From: Raillietiella orientalis
Lineage: Eukaryota
Assembly: GCA_036172245.1 (NCBI GenBank)
Contig: JAYWIR010000002.1
Span: 2,914,001 to 2,978,000 of the forward strand
Length of the DNA: 64,000 nucleotides
Direction: 5' to 3'
Position numbers and translations under genes: made by a program. Positions 37,039-50,358 of this stretch are shown piece by piece; positions within the stretch are counted from its first letter, which is position 1; each line of letters begins with the position of its first letter. The notes under the pieces are model-generated. The model saw nothing but the letters and a program-made list of their open reading frames with translations, had not been told where the DNA came from and did not search any database.

Positions 37039-39295
37039 AGTCGGGTCGTTTTGCAAGTAGTTTGATACCTAGGAACGCATGGCACACCAGAAGTTTGGAA
37101 AGAAAACCCAAGATGCTGAGGGAACAAATAATCGAATCAACTAGTGGTAGGGAAACATCTCTGCAAAAGTGACGAAAAACATTTCTAATAATGTTGTCTT
37201 CCAGTGTATGAGGATACTTCAGCTAAGCTCATCTACACCCATTCCCACCATTATAGCAAGTAAAGAAAAAATGACAAAATAGATCAAAAAGTAGAAAAGT
37301 GTCTTTTTTTTTTAAGCGTATCTTTCAGAATATGGACGGCTTTGTGCTTAAAAGTTTCCCGTGGCGGCAACCTGCAGAGATTTGCTAAGCAACAAGCCAT
37401 CAGTCGATACTCTGTAGCCTTTTTTCCGCTATGGGCAGGATGGCAAAGCGTTCCAATCCGTTGGAACAGAATCTTGGAGCTGGGAGGCTGCGCGCAAGCG
37501 CCTTCTGCTTTTGTTTTCGAAACAGCGAGCCAAAACAAAATTCCAAGAGAAGCGAACTGTTCTCAGCCCATCCGTTCGCCACGATACGAATGCGCTGTGA
37601 TACGCATAGAAGCACATTAGAGATGCAAGTGAAAGTGCAAAGAAGGCGTCCTCGGCACGGACTGGTTCGTTCGTGTCTTGTGACTACGCCCCAAGAACCG
37701 TGCCAAGAGGCGAAGACTTCCACCGGGGGGACCTTAACTTCTCACCTGGAAACTGTGCAAAAGGTTCAATTGAATTTTAGTGGATGGTTGAGGCCAAGTG
37801 CCAAGCAGCCGACCCTATTGGAACCCATCACTTTCGGTCATGGAAAGAAAGTCCCTTGCCGAATAGCTTCAGCGTACTCAGTTGTAACCTTTTGACTGCA
37901 AAAAACTGCTACGGAGCAAAAAAGATGCTTCGGTGTGCGGAAACGTGTGAAAGGAGCTGTGGCTGGAGAAAGAGAGAGAGAGAGAGGGGGGGGGGGGGAA
38001 GGCGCTGCTGCGTAGAAATCTACGCGGGGGGCTTACCGTTTCCTCATTCCTTACTTTTGCCTTTGTTTTATCCGCTTACCAAGCGGAGGTTTCTCAAAGC
38101 GACTGACCTTGCTGCGCCACACCGGAAACGGAAGCGTGCGAAAACATGCGCTCAGGTCCATGCAAAGCTGTACCAGGCTGACGTCCTGAAGATGGAGAAC
38201 GTGAAAAGAATCCGGTGGCCGAATGCTGACTGTGTACAACTCCGACAGGGAGGATCCTGAGAGAGGCTGGGGACTTCTCACTGCTGTTGCTGTGCTCCTG
38301 CTAGCGGCGGTGCGTTAGTGTCCAGTCGTTTTCCCCTCGAGGTCACGTTCGCAAGTCTCATCCCGCAACTCGGGGAGGGGAGAAGGAAAATGAGGAATGG
38401 CGGGAGTGACGTTAGCATCCGCTCGGGGGGGAAGGACAAGGATCGTCCAGATAAGGGAAAATTGGGAAGATGTGGGATGCAGATCTCCGGAGACTGCAAC
38501 GCTCCATTTCCGTGAGGCGGAACTGTTCACTGCGATAGAAGGGCCCGTCCATCCAAGTGGAGGGCGGCCTCGTGCCATGGCATGCACGCAGTATCCCCGG
38601 GAGGTAGCTCAGTAGCGGACACTTCTGAACGTGTTTCTGCGGCTGCCGTGACAGGACAACTGCTCACCTGTGGGGTGGGACTGGCCTTCAAAAATGCGAG
38701 CGTAAAGCGCTCGATGCGGAAGGCGCAGGAAGCGAGGAACGAAAACGGTCCCCCTATCATTGGGACTGTTTCGCCCGGGAAGGGTTCCGATGCCGGCTGC
38801 GTTTGGGAACGTGCTCTCGGTTGGTGCAGCGCGGGAGGCAGGCAACCGGAAGAGTCCCGTTCCCTCCTCACTCGCGTCCTTCAGGAGTGACGTGCCTGGC
38901 GGCACTCTTTGCTGCCAACTCGTGCACAGAGGGCGCCATACTCCCCTCCTCCTCCCGCTCCCGACCGGTTCCTCACGTTCGACCTAGTGGCCGATCTCAG
39001 CAGTGTTGGGAGGGACTGGTGGCGGTGGTGGTCCAATCGGAGCAACAAACGATAGCTTCGCGCTTATTTTATTTTCATTTATTTTTTTTTCCCCGGATTC
39101 CTCTGCGGAAATTCCATCCGGACAGAACGCAGAAGAAAGCTGGAGGGCAAACGAAGCTTCTAGAGCCCAGCTTTCCCTCCCTCCCAGTGCCGGAGGCCTG
39201 TCCATGGTCATGCGATCGTCGAAGAGCGCCTTGAGAAACCCGATGCTTCGAGATAAGCCGTAGTGCGAGTTGGTCCCCCCACGCGTCCTAGCGAG

Positions 39296-42200
39296 ATGGT
39301 GAAGCGCTTGCTGAAGGTAAGAGGAAACACCCCGCGCTGTGCGTGAAGGCGGCGCGCGCTGGCACTGTCCTTTTTCGGCGCCTTGGGAACGCTGAAGAGC
39401 GGGAACGTCGGGAAAGGTCGTTACGGCGGATCGTCCGGAGGCGTGGGACTCCGAGCGGAAGAGGTGGCGGGATAGAAAGAGCAGCGCCTCGCGATTGGCG
39501 CGTCCTGGGAACAGGGATCGCGCGATTGCGGCGACAACGGTGGCTGGTTGATTTCCGTGATGTGGGCGCCATCGGGGCAAGGTGGGGGAGGGGGGTCCGT
39601 CGCGTGCCGCCTCCGCCGCGAGTTGGTCTCCTGACGCGTGCGTACCTGCGCGGCAGGTCGCTCGCACCCGCCTGGGATGGCCGCGTCGGCGCCCTTGGGA
39701 GCGTTTGGCTGCTCCGGGTACCCGCTTCGGGTACGTCGGTCTTTTCAACTGGCTCTCCTGCGGCACAGTCCCGGAGGCACACCGACTCCAAGCCTCTCGC
39801 CGCCAGCAGCCACTCCCTCGAGATGGCCACGGCGACTCCCCGCGTGCTGCAGGAGGGATCTAAACCCCCCTCCCCCCTTACCGCCTTCAGGGTGAACCAA
39901 ACCGCTGCGAGGGTGACAGCACTCGAGCGGCCTGCGGCCAACTCGTAGTTCCTGTAGGATCGTGCGAGCCCGTAGGTCGGACGCGCGCCTGTTCTGCGAC
40001 CCCTTCGGGGTCGGGGAACTGGGGAGCGTGGCTCCTCGGGCGTCAGCCGCAGCTGCCGAACGCCCGAGGCACATCCTCGCGGGCATTTCCGTCCCCAGGC
40101 ATGCACCTGCAGGTGGCGACGGTCGCTTCGCGCTCGGTCGTATTGAGGGCGGGCGGATGTCCCCGAGGGACGAGGGTGGAGGCGTCTTTGCGCGCGGAGA
40201 ACAGTGTCGGAGGGACTTCCCTCCGACACTGTTCTCCGCGCGCTAAGGGTAGGTCGCGGCTCTCCAGGAGAGGGAGAATTAGCCCGCGCGCCCGCTCCCT
40301 CTTCGCGTTCGCGGACTCGCTGCTCCGGAGCGCGTGGGGAATCCCCGCCTGGCAGCTTCCGGGCGAAGCGGCTGCTTCGACCCCGGTGCACGCCCCGCCG
40401 ACTCCTCCTCCTCCTCTGTTCCAGTACCAGTCCGGCTTCGGGAACGAGTTCGCCTCGACCGACGTCCGTTACCCGGACGCCCTGCCGCAGGGGCAGAACT
40501 GCCCTCAGAAGTGCCCTTACGGTCTGTACGCGGAGCAGCTCTCTGGTAAGGCCGGGGCGCGCGCGCAGCTTCCCGGGAGGCTACGCTGCGCCTCCCGCGC
40601 TTCCCTCCCCAAGGGACCGCCTTCACCGCGCCCCGGGAGCGGAACAGGAGGACCTGGTTTTACCGTATGCGACCCTCCGTCGTTCACGAGCCGTTCCGAC
40701 CCTACGACGACTCGGGCCTGTCCGACGACTGGACGACCACGCATCCCACCCCGAACCAGGCAAGGGAGACCCTCCCGAGAGTGCCGGTCACTGGACCCGC
40801 TCCCCTTTTCTGCCGGCAGATAAGATGGTTTTCCTTCGCCATTCCTTCCCGGAAGGAGCAGCCCACGGACTTCGTGCAAGGCCTGCGCACGGTGTGCGGG
40901 GCGGGAGACGTAAGGGGCCGCCACGGCGCTGCCGTGCACGTGTACTTGTGCAACAGCCCCATGGAAGGCACGGCGCTGTACAACAGCGACGGGGACTTCC
41001 TCATAGGTTCTGTTCTTCTTCTTTGCTCTCCCCTTCCCTCTTCCTCCCCCTCCTCCACCTCTGGGGAAACCCCGACCGGAAAACCCTTCCCTCAGAGCCC
41101 GACTACAAGGATCCCGTTTCCCCCTCTCCCCTCTTGACCTGAGTCCGAAAGTAACGTTGCCTTTGGTGTTGCAGTTCCTCAGCAAGGAGACCTGGAGATC
41201 GTCACCGAGTTCGGCGTCATCGACGTGAGCCCCAACGAGATCTGCGTTATACAGGTGAGTCCGGGCCCTTTGCGACTGGAGGGAACGCGTGTGCGCTCGA
41301 GGAGGCGGCCGCGGCGAAGAGAAGCCCTCGGGGGGAGGGGCGCCCTGCCTGCCTGCCTGCCAGCTCGGACCCACTTCCCGGCGGCGAAGAGGATTCGCCC
41401 TGTCCTAGACCGGTCCAAACGGAGCTCCAGGAAGACGAGCAAGAGCCTCGCCCCGAGGGCATACCCACGTGGCAGAGGGAACGGGCTGGCAGCGCCACCC
41501 AATTACATGCCAGCCCCGCGGCGAAGGGATGGGGCAGCAAAGAGGAGGGAAGGGAGCAGCAGGGAGAGGGGATCGCCCTTCCCTCTTTTGCTCTGTCTCC
41601 CAGAACGCCGCGCCTGGCGGGAGCCGGATCGCTCCGGCCCCTTCGCCTTTTTCCCCTCCGCGGGGCCGCGCGCACGGCTACGACCCGCATGAGCTGCGGC
41701 AGGGATCAGTGCCTCCTTGAGGCGAGCATCCCGAGAACATGACCCGCGATCAGACCACTGACCCGTATAACCTGGATCCACTTCCGCATGGGACCGGGCT
41801 CGCGAGGGGGGAGGGGAGGGGAAAAGTGTCCTTTCCCACAACATTCCTACGCGCCTTACCGGAGATCGCGCCGACCCGAGGTTCCCTAAGAGCAACCCGG
41901 AGGTCGTGCGCGTTTCCCTGCGCCACTGGCTAGCGGGTCGGGCTTGAGAGGCTGCTGCGCTCTCTCCTGCAGTCTCACGACGCCGTGCGTTCCCCTCTCC
42001 CCCAACTGCTGCTCCTCTCCTTCTCCCGGCTTTACAGCGGATCGCCCTGTCTTTCAGCAAGGGATGAAGTTTCTGGTTTCGGTCCAGGGGGAGAGCAGGG
42101 GATACATCCTGGAAGTGTTCGACGACCACTTCTTCCTCCCAAACTTGGGACCCATCGGTAAGCTTCCCCGTATCCTTCCCCCCCCCCCCCAAAAAAAAAA

Positions 42201-44124
42201 AAAAAAAAAAAAAACACTTTTCACCTCGTTTCTCAAGGGGCCAATGGACTCGCGAACCCCAGGGACTTTTTGACTCCGTGCGCTTCCTGTGACCTGAAGG
42301 AGGAGCCCTTCCAGATCGTCAACAAGTTCCAGGGGAAGCTCTTCGTCGCGACCCAGGATCACAGCCCTTTCGATGTCGTCGCGTGGCACGGGAACTACGT
42401 CCCCTACAAGTACGATCTGGACAACTTCTGCGCCGTCAACTCGGTGACCTTCGATCACTGCGTACGCATCCTCCTGAGTCTGCCAGGGGTGGATCCGGGG
42501 CCAGCCCGCGCCCTTTCCAGGACCCGTCCATCTTCACGGTGCTTACCTGCCCTTCCTCGAAGCCAGGGACCGCTATCGCCGACTTCGTAGTCTTCCCTCC
42601 CCGATGGGCGGTGCAGGAGCACACCTTCCGGCCTCCGTACTACCACCGTAAGCACCCCTGCCCCCCCTCTCCCTCCTCCTCTGCGTCCCTCCACCGCCGA
42701 CGCCTCGCGGACCCCCAGGCAACTGCATGAGCGAGTTCATGGGGCTGATCAGCGGCGAGTACGAGGCCAAAAAGGATGGCTTCCTGCCGGGAGGAGCGTC
42801 TCTGCACAGCATGATGAGCCCTCACGGACCAGACGCCAAGACTTTCCAGGCAGCTTCAGAGGCGGAGCTGAAACCGGAGAAAGTCGCCATGGGAACGCAG
42901 GTGAGTGTCCGCCCTCGTGTAGCCGGCCGCCAGCGAAGGGTCCTTGACTCCGGGAGAGACCCCCGAGCGGACGGAAGGGACGTCGCCCTTCCTCCGAAGA
43001 GGAAACCGCGGAGCGAGGTCTGTGCTGGCTTTCATCGAGGCGCCGACCCGGAGGTCGACACCTCGGGCCGGTCCTTTCCTTCCGCTGATTGGGGCGAAGG
43101 TCTCCGACGAGGGGAGGCGAGGGGACCCTTCCGTTGCCTCGCTGGTCCCCGAGTCTCCCTGCCTCTATGTCCTGGTTGCTGGGAGCGCCTTCTCCCGGAA
43201 GCAGCGCATCCCTTGGAAGGAAGGGAGGCAGCATGGTGTGCTGTTCCCTGGCTGCTGGGGCGCACTGTGAGAGCATTGAGGGGGAGTGGGGGACGCACAG
43301 CAGCTGCTTGCTGCGCTCTTCGCCTGCCGTTTCTTCCGGTCCTCCTCCCCCCTCGCTCGCCGCTTCCTACGGAGCGGCGCGTGCGATCTGGAGACTGGAG
43401 GTGCGCGCGCGTGCAGCGGCAGGTGGAATTTCTCGGAAGCCTTCCCGCTCCTCCTCAGCCCATGTCCGGCTTCCGGCACCGATGACGTGTTTGTTGGAGT
43501 CAGGTGAGAGAGAGTCGGGGTCATCCCGGGAGAGCGCGAGAGTCCCGTGAATCCTCCGATCGGCTCGACAGCAACCGTGGGAAGACTTGCCTCTGCAAGC
43601 AGCAGCAGCACACGTCGGAGACCTCACCGCAGGTGGGGTTGCTGCTGGGGAGGGGAGGGGGGGAGGGCTCGACGCGTGACGTCGAGGCTCCGATCTACAG
43701 CGCCGCCGACTCGGAGCAGAAGTCGCACCCCTCGAGGTCGAGCCGACGAAGCGCACCCACGGCCACCCGCCGAGCAGTCTCCCTCCCTCCGGGGGGGGGC
43801 ACACAGGGCCAGCGAGGGACTGAAAGATCCTGCTCACGGTCGCGCAAGCGGCGGAGCCTCGGGCGGCCCCTGCAGTTCGAGCGAAGTCTATGGTTCCCCC
43901 GGGACTGCAGTAGTCTGTCGGGAGGGGCTTGCGCCAGAAAAAACGCCCAGCGGCAGCGCGCCCTCCTCGCCCCCGTCCTCATGCTCCGCTGCTCTCTGTT
44001 CCAGGCTTTCATGTTCGAGTCGTCGCTGAGCTGGGCGCTGACTTCCTGGGCGAGCCACTGCAAAGAACTGGACGAGCAGTACAACAAGTGCTGGCAGCCG
44101 CTCAAGAAAAACTTCCGTCCCTGA
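39296..44124 (+). CDS. HGD: Homogentisate 1,2-dioxygenase, 10 exons: 39296-39316, 40425-40545, 40614-40759, 40820-41006, 41175-41254, 42058-42157, 42238-42461, 42521-42647, 42719-42900, 44005-44124
   Basis: [107 protein letters not shown] and PHGPD (Fe ligands His/Glu/His), AFMFES. The 21-nt first exon is inferred from ATG...AAG|GTAAGA. Confidence 0.97.
40190..40243. repeat. Perfect 26-bp inverted repeat with 2-nt spacer in HGD intron 1
   Basis: GCGCGCGGAGAACAGTGTCGGAGGGA-CT-TCCCTCCGACACTGTTCTCCGCGCGC. Confidence 0.97.
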
Positions 44125-44631
44125 AAGGTCGCCGCCGCAGAACGATGTTCTTCGACCGGATGCAGCACGACGTAGTGAATTACAGTAGCTGAATCTGTTG
44201 GTAGTTTTGGGGCCTCGTGGTCGTTCTCCGGGACAACACCGCTGCCGGTCACGCGACGAGGGCGGGCCCGCTTGGCGTCCGGAAAGGCGATGGGGGTGGG
44301 TGGGGTGAGCAGGTTCTCCTACCTGCGAAAAAGTCGGGCCTTCTCGGGACGTGAGACATCGAGACCGGCAGAGCACGGTGACCTCCGAAGATGCTTTTGT
44401 CTGGAGCTGCCTGAAAATTCGGGAAGTACCACGGACTGAGGAACATCAGTTGAGGAAACACCACCGTTCCCATCTACTCGAGAAGATTTTTGCTGCATTT
44501 CTATTCATCTGAATTACATCGCCCTTCGGGAATTCCAGCTGGACGCGAACCCCCAAAACAGCCCGATTCCGAGCAGACGCGTGGTTGCCCTTTGAGCGGC
44601 ACGCGATGGGCCCCCCTTTCGCCACGGGAGC

Positions 44632-47600
44632 CTACGTGGGCTTCGGTCGAATGTTCATGGTGATCGTCTTCGCCTCGAGGTAGTCGTGCAGACCAGCCTC
44701 CCCAAGCTCGCGACCAAATCCAGACATCTTAAACCCTCCGAAGGGTGCTTGCGCTGCGAAGACGTTGTAGCAGTTTACCCTACAGAGGAATGCGCAGAAC
44801 ACTCTCTCGTGTCCGTGTCCCCTCCCCCCCCCCCTTTCGAGGCACTCACCAGATGGTGCCGGCCCTCAACCCTCTCGACAGACGCAGAACGCGATCCAAG
44901 TCACGCGAAAAGACTGCGGCCGCCAGTCCGTACACAGTTTTGTTTGCTCGCTGCAGCAGCTCCTTTTCATTCTTGAAGGGCATTATTTGTTGCACAGGTC
45001 CGAAGATCTACAAATACAAATACTGCATGCAGGAAAGCATTCATCGGTAGCTACCTCTTCTTTGGCGATGGTCATGTTATCTCCCACGTCAGCAAACACC
45101 GTCGGTTCGATAAAGTACCCTTTCCTGTCCAAAGGTCGTCCACCAGTCAAAAGCTTGGCACCCTCTTGTTTTCCTTGTTCGATCAACGAGATGATCTTTT
45201 TGTACTGCCTTTCGTCCACTTGTGGCCCTTGTTCTGTGGACGCATCGAACGGATCTCCAACTTTCTTGGAACGAGCTCGTTCGACGCTGGCTTCCACAAA
45301 GGACTTGTATACGGTGTCTTCCACAAAAATGCGAGAGCCGGCGCAGCAACACTGCCCCTACGGAACAAGTTCACGTGGATGCCGATCCCGATAGATGCGC
45401 GCATCTTTCCAGGCACCGCTCATTCGCTCAGCCAGCTGGAATCTTTAAATTACCAAGAATTCAAAGAAGCTTGCGATCTGAAACCTCGGAGAATGACAGC
45501 GTCTGTGCAACGCTTTGGTGGCGCATCAACGCGTTGGCGTTGGTGACAGTCAGGGATCGCGGGAGTATTGCATTAGTAATGTGGGAGTCTCTTTCCGCAA
45601 TTCCCTTCCCGCATTCTGCTTGAAGGGTAGTCCAACGAGGGAGGAACCAGTCCGATAGGGAAGTTCGCATGCTCATGCTTGAGGGAGTGGCATTCGTGCA
45701 AGAGCATTGCTCACCCTCGAGTTATCACGAACCCCCACCATGAGCGTTATTTCCGTTCAGAGGCTCCACCAGTGCTGGTTTTCCAAATGAATTTCGCCAC
45801 ACTCACACGTAACTTCCTGTATGATCGACTACGTACGAATCGTTACGGGGTTCACAAGGTTTCTCAAATGACGTGACTCCTCAAAATGATGACTGTCGAA
45901 AAGCACGCTGGATTTGCAGCCAAGGAGCGAGACTTGGAGTAGGGAGAGTAAAAAGTCCAAAGATCACTTCGCTGTGAATCCACAAGATCATCTAAGAATG
46001 AATTTCTTTCACTTTCGGTGTCTGCGACTTCTGCGGCAACCAACTGTATTCGCGTCTCCCACGTTGACCTGAATGCGGGAAGGCGCCAGCGAACCTCTGC
46101 AATCAAACGAGCGCTTGATATCTGGAATAGCATCCTGGTTCCTTCTACACTGGGTGCCATGCACATGTTAGCTGCGCGACACTTGGAATTAAAGCTGCAT
46201 GTTTCCAGTGCACACCTTTTGGAAATGGCGCCACCGCTTCCGCACAAGTTTGCTCCATGTAACCAGGAACAAAATTTGAATTAAGGCTGCAGAGAAGAGT
46301 AAAGACTAGCAAGTTGGCACTGTGAGTCGGTAATCCATCAAAAATCTAAATCTCTCAAGTGAAAGGGAGACCTGCTACGCAACCGGTTTGTTTGTTTGTT
46401 TGTTTTTTAAAAAAGACGTACAAACTGAATGAAGCATGCAAAGCTTCGTGGGAACGCCGTTTCTCCGGTGTCAGAGTCCAATATTTCAAGTATTCACTAC
46501 ACGTATCTACACACATGCGATAGAATATAATTCATGCAAACGCGTGCCAAGTGAGGTGAAACGTAACGTCCATCAAAGATGAATTTTCAAATCGATGAAT
46601 GTTATTTTTTACGAAGAATTCTTCGACGAGGTCCTTCACATCTTAAAAAGATCCATCCGTATGCATGTTTGCCTGCTACCATGGAATCGTTTCGTAAATT
46701 TTACATGTACTTTCTGTCTTTCTCAACTGCCTGTTACCACACGAAACCTTTCACTGATCGTGCTCGAACATGACATTCGAAAATCAGTCTCCCATCCGCC
46801 ACAATTATCTAAGGATTCTGGAGACGTTGCACTGTTCGGCGCTCAAGGCAGATCCGTACCATTTACGAAATTCCAAATGTCTGCGAATATGCTTTCTGGC
46901 CGAGGGTCTTCATGAGAAGCTTTCCACAGTTTCCCAAGATATCTCTGACAAAAAAGGACTCACAATGCTCCCTCTCATCTGCTGGAAACTATCAGTTTCA
47001 TAAGGGAGTGGAGAACGTACGCATGCAAAAAAGGGCATATGAGCGCACTGTTTGGACAAAAAGCACAAACGACAAAGCCTCTGACTTAGATTTTTTTTTT
47101 TTTTTTTTCCTTTTCTTCCCGCACAACAAGTTCTGCTCCGTCCAAATCCTGATAAAGCATCTTTTTTAATTTTTTGTTTCCGGCATTTCTCCTTCAAGCT
47201 GTGCAATCTCCACAGGTTGAAGAAGATCCAAAGATACTTTTCTACAACAGGCATGAAATCTATCATTCCATTGTGCTTCAATGGCTCAGTCTGCACACGG
47301 TTCGCAGGAATGCATGCATAAGAAGTTTAGGTGCAGGGCGCAGTAATGCTACTGACCTAAAGACCAGCAGTAATGGCAGCGCGGGCAAAGGAGCAGTAGA
47401 GTAAACTAAACGCGGAGCTGGGTAAACCCAGGAAAACACAAAAATTCCAAGCACACAACGCAAGCATCTTAGAGGTCAGTAGCTGGAGCCCTGAAACAGT
47501 CAATGGACACCATCTCCGAAAAGGAAAAGACGCAAGTTCAATCAAAGATGGCTTGCTTCGAAATCATTAGCCGAAAATCGGGTGTATCAAAAGTAAATAT

Positions 47601-50358
47601 CGCGACTGTAGAATGAGCTTATTCTAATGTGCTCATATGCATTTTTCAAGATTTACCTCATGAGCTCAGAATATGATTACACGAAGAGTGCTTTCCTATC
47701 CTAGAGCTAGCTGTCTCAACGATTATTAATGGAAAAGCAGGAGTTAATTTCAATAAAGGGCAATACATATTAATGAATGCATGACTTTTTCCGCGCGAAT
47801 GACCCTTCGAGAACGCTGGCTCATCTACACGTTAGCCATCTACACATCCATCGTTCTCCGAGCCAATGGATTTTTCTCATAACCTCGGTAGAGTCCTGCT
47901 CACCTGACTACACCTAATGTTTCTTCTCATCCCTCATTTACTACTTTTAATGGAAATATTGAACTTGCGTGTACCGGAAGAGTTTGGAAGCATCGGTTAG
48001 GTATTCGAAGCTTATTTAGTTGAACGTCAGATAAGCCGCATCAGTATGCTGCGATACACCAAAAAACCTTGTATGTAACAAATGGCCGTTCCTGCAGCCC
48101 TTAAAAACAACTACTTGGTTTACTGGAGCTGCAGGAAACAAACGAGACAGCACATTTATGAGCCTCAAAGCGGAACATTACTAGTACTTGTACACGTGTT
48201 CCACCGAATTATCACGAGATACCTCTTGTTTCTTTCTGATGTATGGACCGATATCTGTTTCTCATTCGTCCACCTTCAAATATTTCATGTTCCCATAATG
48301 GTTTGGAAAGGGAACGATTTTTGCAATGAAATGGTTACGCATTGAAATGTAGATACCACCACCACCACCACCATCAGACACCTCAGTAAACTGGATTTGC
48401 AGCGAGGTGCAGCGGCCAGAAACCTTTGAATTCGCGCCTTCATTCATCTGCTGCTGGAACATCAGTATCACCTGCAGCTCCAACTTTTCGATTTTCAAGC
48501 TTCCATAACCAATTCTAACCACAGAATACACACATGCGATCGAATACACTGACGTGAAATTTCCGTGTAGCCGGCAATCCATTATACACCTTCAACACTA
48601 ATTCCAAATTAAAAATGCGCAGTTGTTTCCGCACAATTTCCGGCATTTCCGTTGCTGGCTTCGTTTATGTGCTTTTTGTTCCACTCTGTGGTTTAAGTCA
48701 CTGGCTTCTAACACTGACTCTCTGCACAACTTTCCACGGGTGGAATTGGGATGTGGCGAAGCTGCTTCATTCACAGAGCCACACACAGAGCCATCGTGTA
48801 CTTTGTAATTAAATGCGGGGACAAATCGTTGGTGGTGGAAAACCGCGATTCTTTCGGGCATACATTTGTGCCACAGCTTTCCTACACCTTCTTTTATAAA
48901 TTCATGAAGATTTGTCCATCCTTGGGAAGCCTACCACTGAACCTACCATTGAAAAGTCGGCCAGTGCAGAGGCACAACTGATTCACTGTTCGCTCTGCTT
49001 GTTCACAAAGAATGAAAAGCAAAGAATTCCATAGCAAGATTTCCTCAACTGTTCAGCAGCCATTCTTTGGAAGCAACACGTTCCTAACACGTTACAACAC
49101 TACCAAATTTTTTTGTTTGCAGATGGTGCTATGCAAGACACCATTTGCTATTCAGGGGCAACCACGATTAAGAGAGGGAAGGAACATAAATTTGGAAAAA
49201 GTGCACAAATAAAGACAACTCTCTGAACTAACCTGGTTAAAGAAAAGACCGAAATGTGCCATTTCCACAGCTTCCTCAAGATCTGTATCGTTAAAGACAA
49301 GAATCGGTGATTTGCCACCAAGTTCCAGAGTGATTCTCTTGAGAGTATCAGCTGCATCATGCATCACTTGAATCCCCACTTTGCTTGAGCCAGTGAAGGC
49401 GACTTTATCAACATAAGGATGTGAACAGATTGCTGCACCAGCAGTTGGACCATACCCAGGCACAATGTTTATTGCCCCAGGAGGAAAGCCAGCCTCTTTG
49501 CTTAAAGCAGCCACATATAAGGCTGTTAAGGGTGTCTGTTCTGCAGGCTTCATAACCACACAGTTTCCTATGAAATGAAACTGACACCAAGACACCATGC
49601 ACAAAGTTTACCAGTTGCTAAGGCAGGACCAAATTTCCAGGCCAGCATCAGCAAGGGAAAATTCCAGGATACAAGCTGTCCACAAACACCAACAGGTTCC
49701 ATTAGAGTATGACAAAAATAGGATCCATCTATGGGTATTGATTTCCCATGTATTTTGTCTGTCCAGCCAGCATAATAGCGCAGGCACTTCACTGTCAGAT
49801 CAAGGTCAACATCCAGAGCTATAGCAACTGGCTTGCCATTGTTAGCTGATTCCAAACTCTGCACAAAGATTCATTCGACAATAAGAGTTCCAGTCACGTA
49901 CGGCCAAATAGACACGATCTCTTTCTATCAAATCGGCCAGACGGTTGAGCAGAATCCCTCTCTGAGAAGGGTCCATGGATCTCCATTCCGAGTCTGGGCT
50001 AAATGCATCTTGCGCAGCTTTTACAGCTTTATCAACATCGTCCTGCCAACAGCCTTCAGAACCACTGCGGATGTGCAATTCTCACCTTGTCTCCTTCCTC
50101 CACGTAAGCGATTTCCTCCAAAGTGGCGGGGTTGACCACGGGAAATCGTTTACCAGACACTGAACTGTGCCACTCATTGTTGATGAAAATCTGAAACAAG
50201 ACGTGGCTTTACGGTACTCCGGCCAGCACCATACACACTTTCGTGTATTCAGCCCGTGGTTCCCGGATCGGTTGGACACTGGTGGACGTCCCAAGGTATC
50301 TTGATTCTTCACGGCGAAGAACTCGACCCAGTTGCACCAAACATTTCCTCCGAAGCAT
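44632..50358 (-). CDS. ALDH2: Mitochondrial aldehyde dehydrogenase (ALDH1/2 family), 8 exons: 50358-50239, 50190-50086, 50042-49902, 49858-49612, 49567-49233, 45357-45055, 45007-44850, 44779-44632
   Basis: Arg-rich presequence [50 protein letters not shown] (catalytic Glu), [12 protein letters not shown] (catalytic Cys), [22 protein letters not shown]. Assignment to ALDH2 over ALDH1 rests on the presequence and the CCC motif. Confidence 0.95.

Noticed and set aside
38984..44376. Long overlapping ORFs up to 367 aa around and antisense to HGD
   Set aside because: Arg/Pro/Gly/Ala-rich frames expected from high GC content and antisense shadows of real exons.
15806..50358. Apparent mitochondrial theme (NUMT, Mic60, MTRES1, ALDH2)
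   Set aside because: Unrelated pathways, mixed strands and different compositional domains. Compatible with chance.
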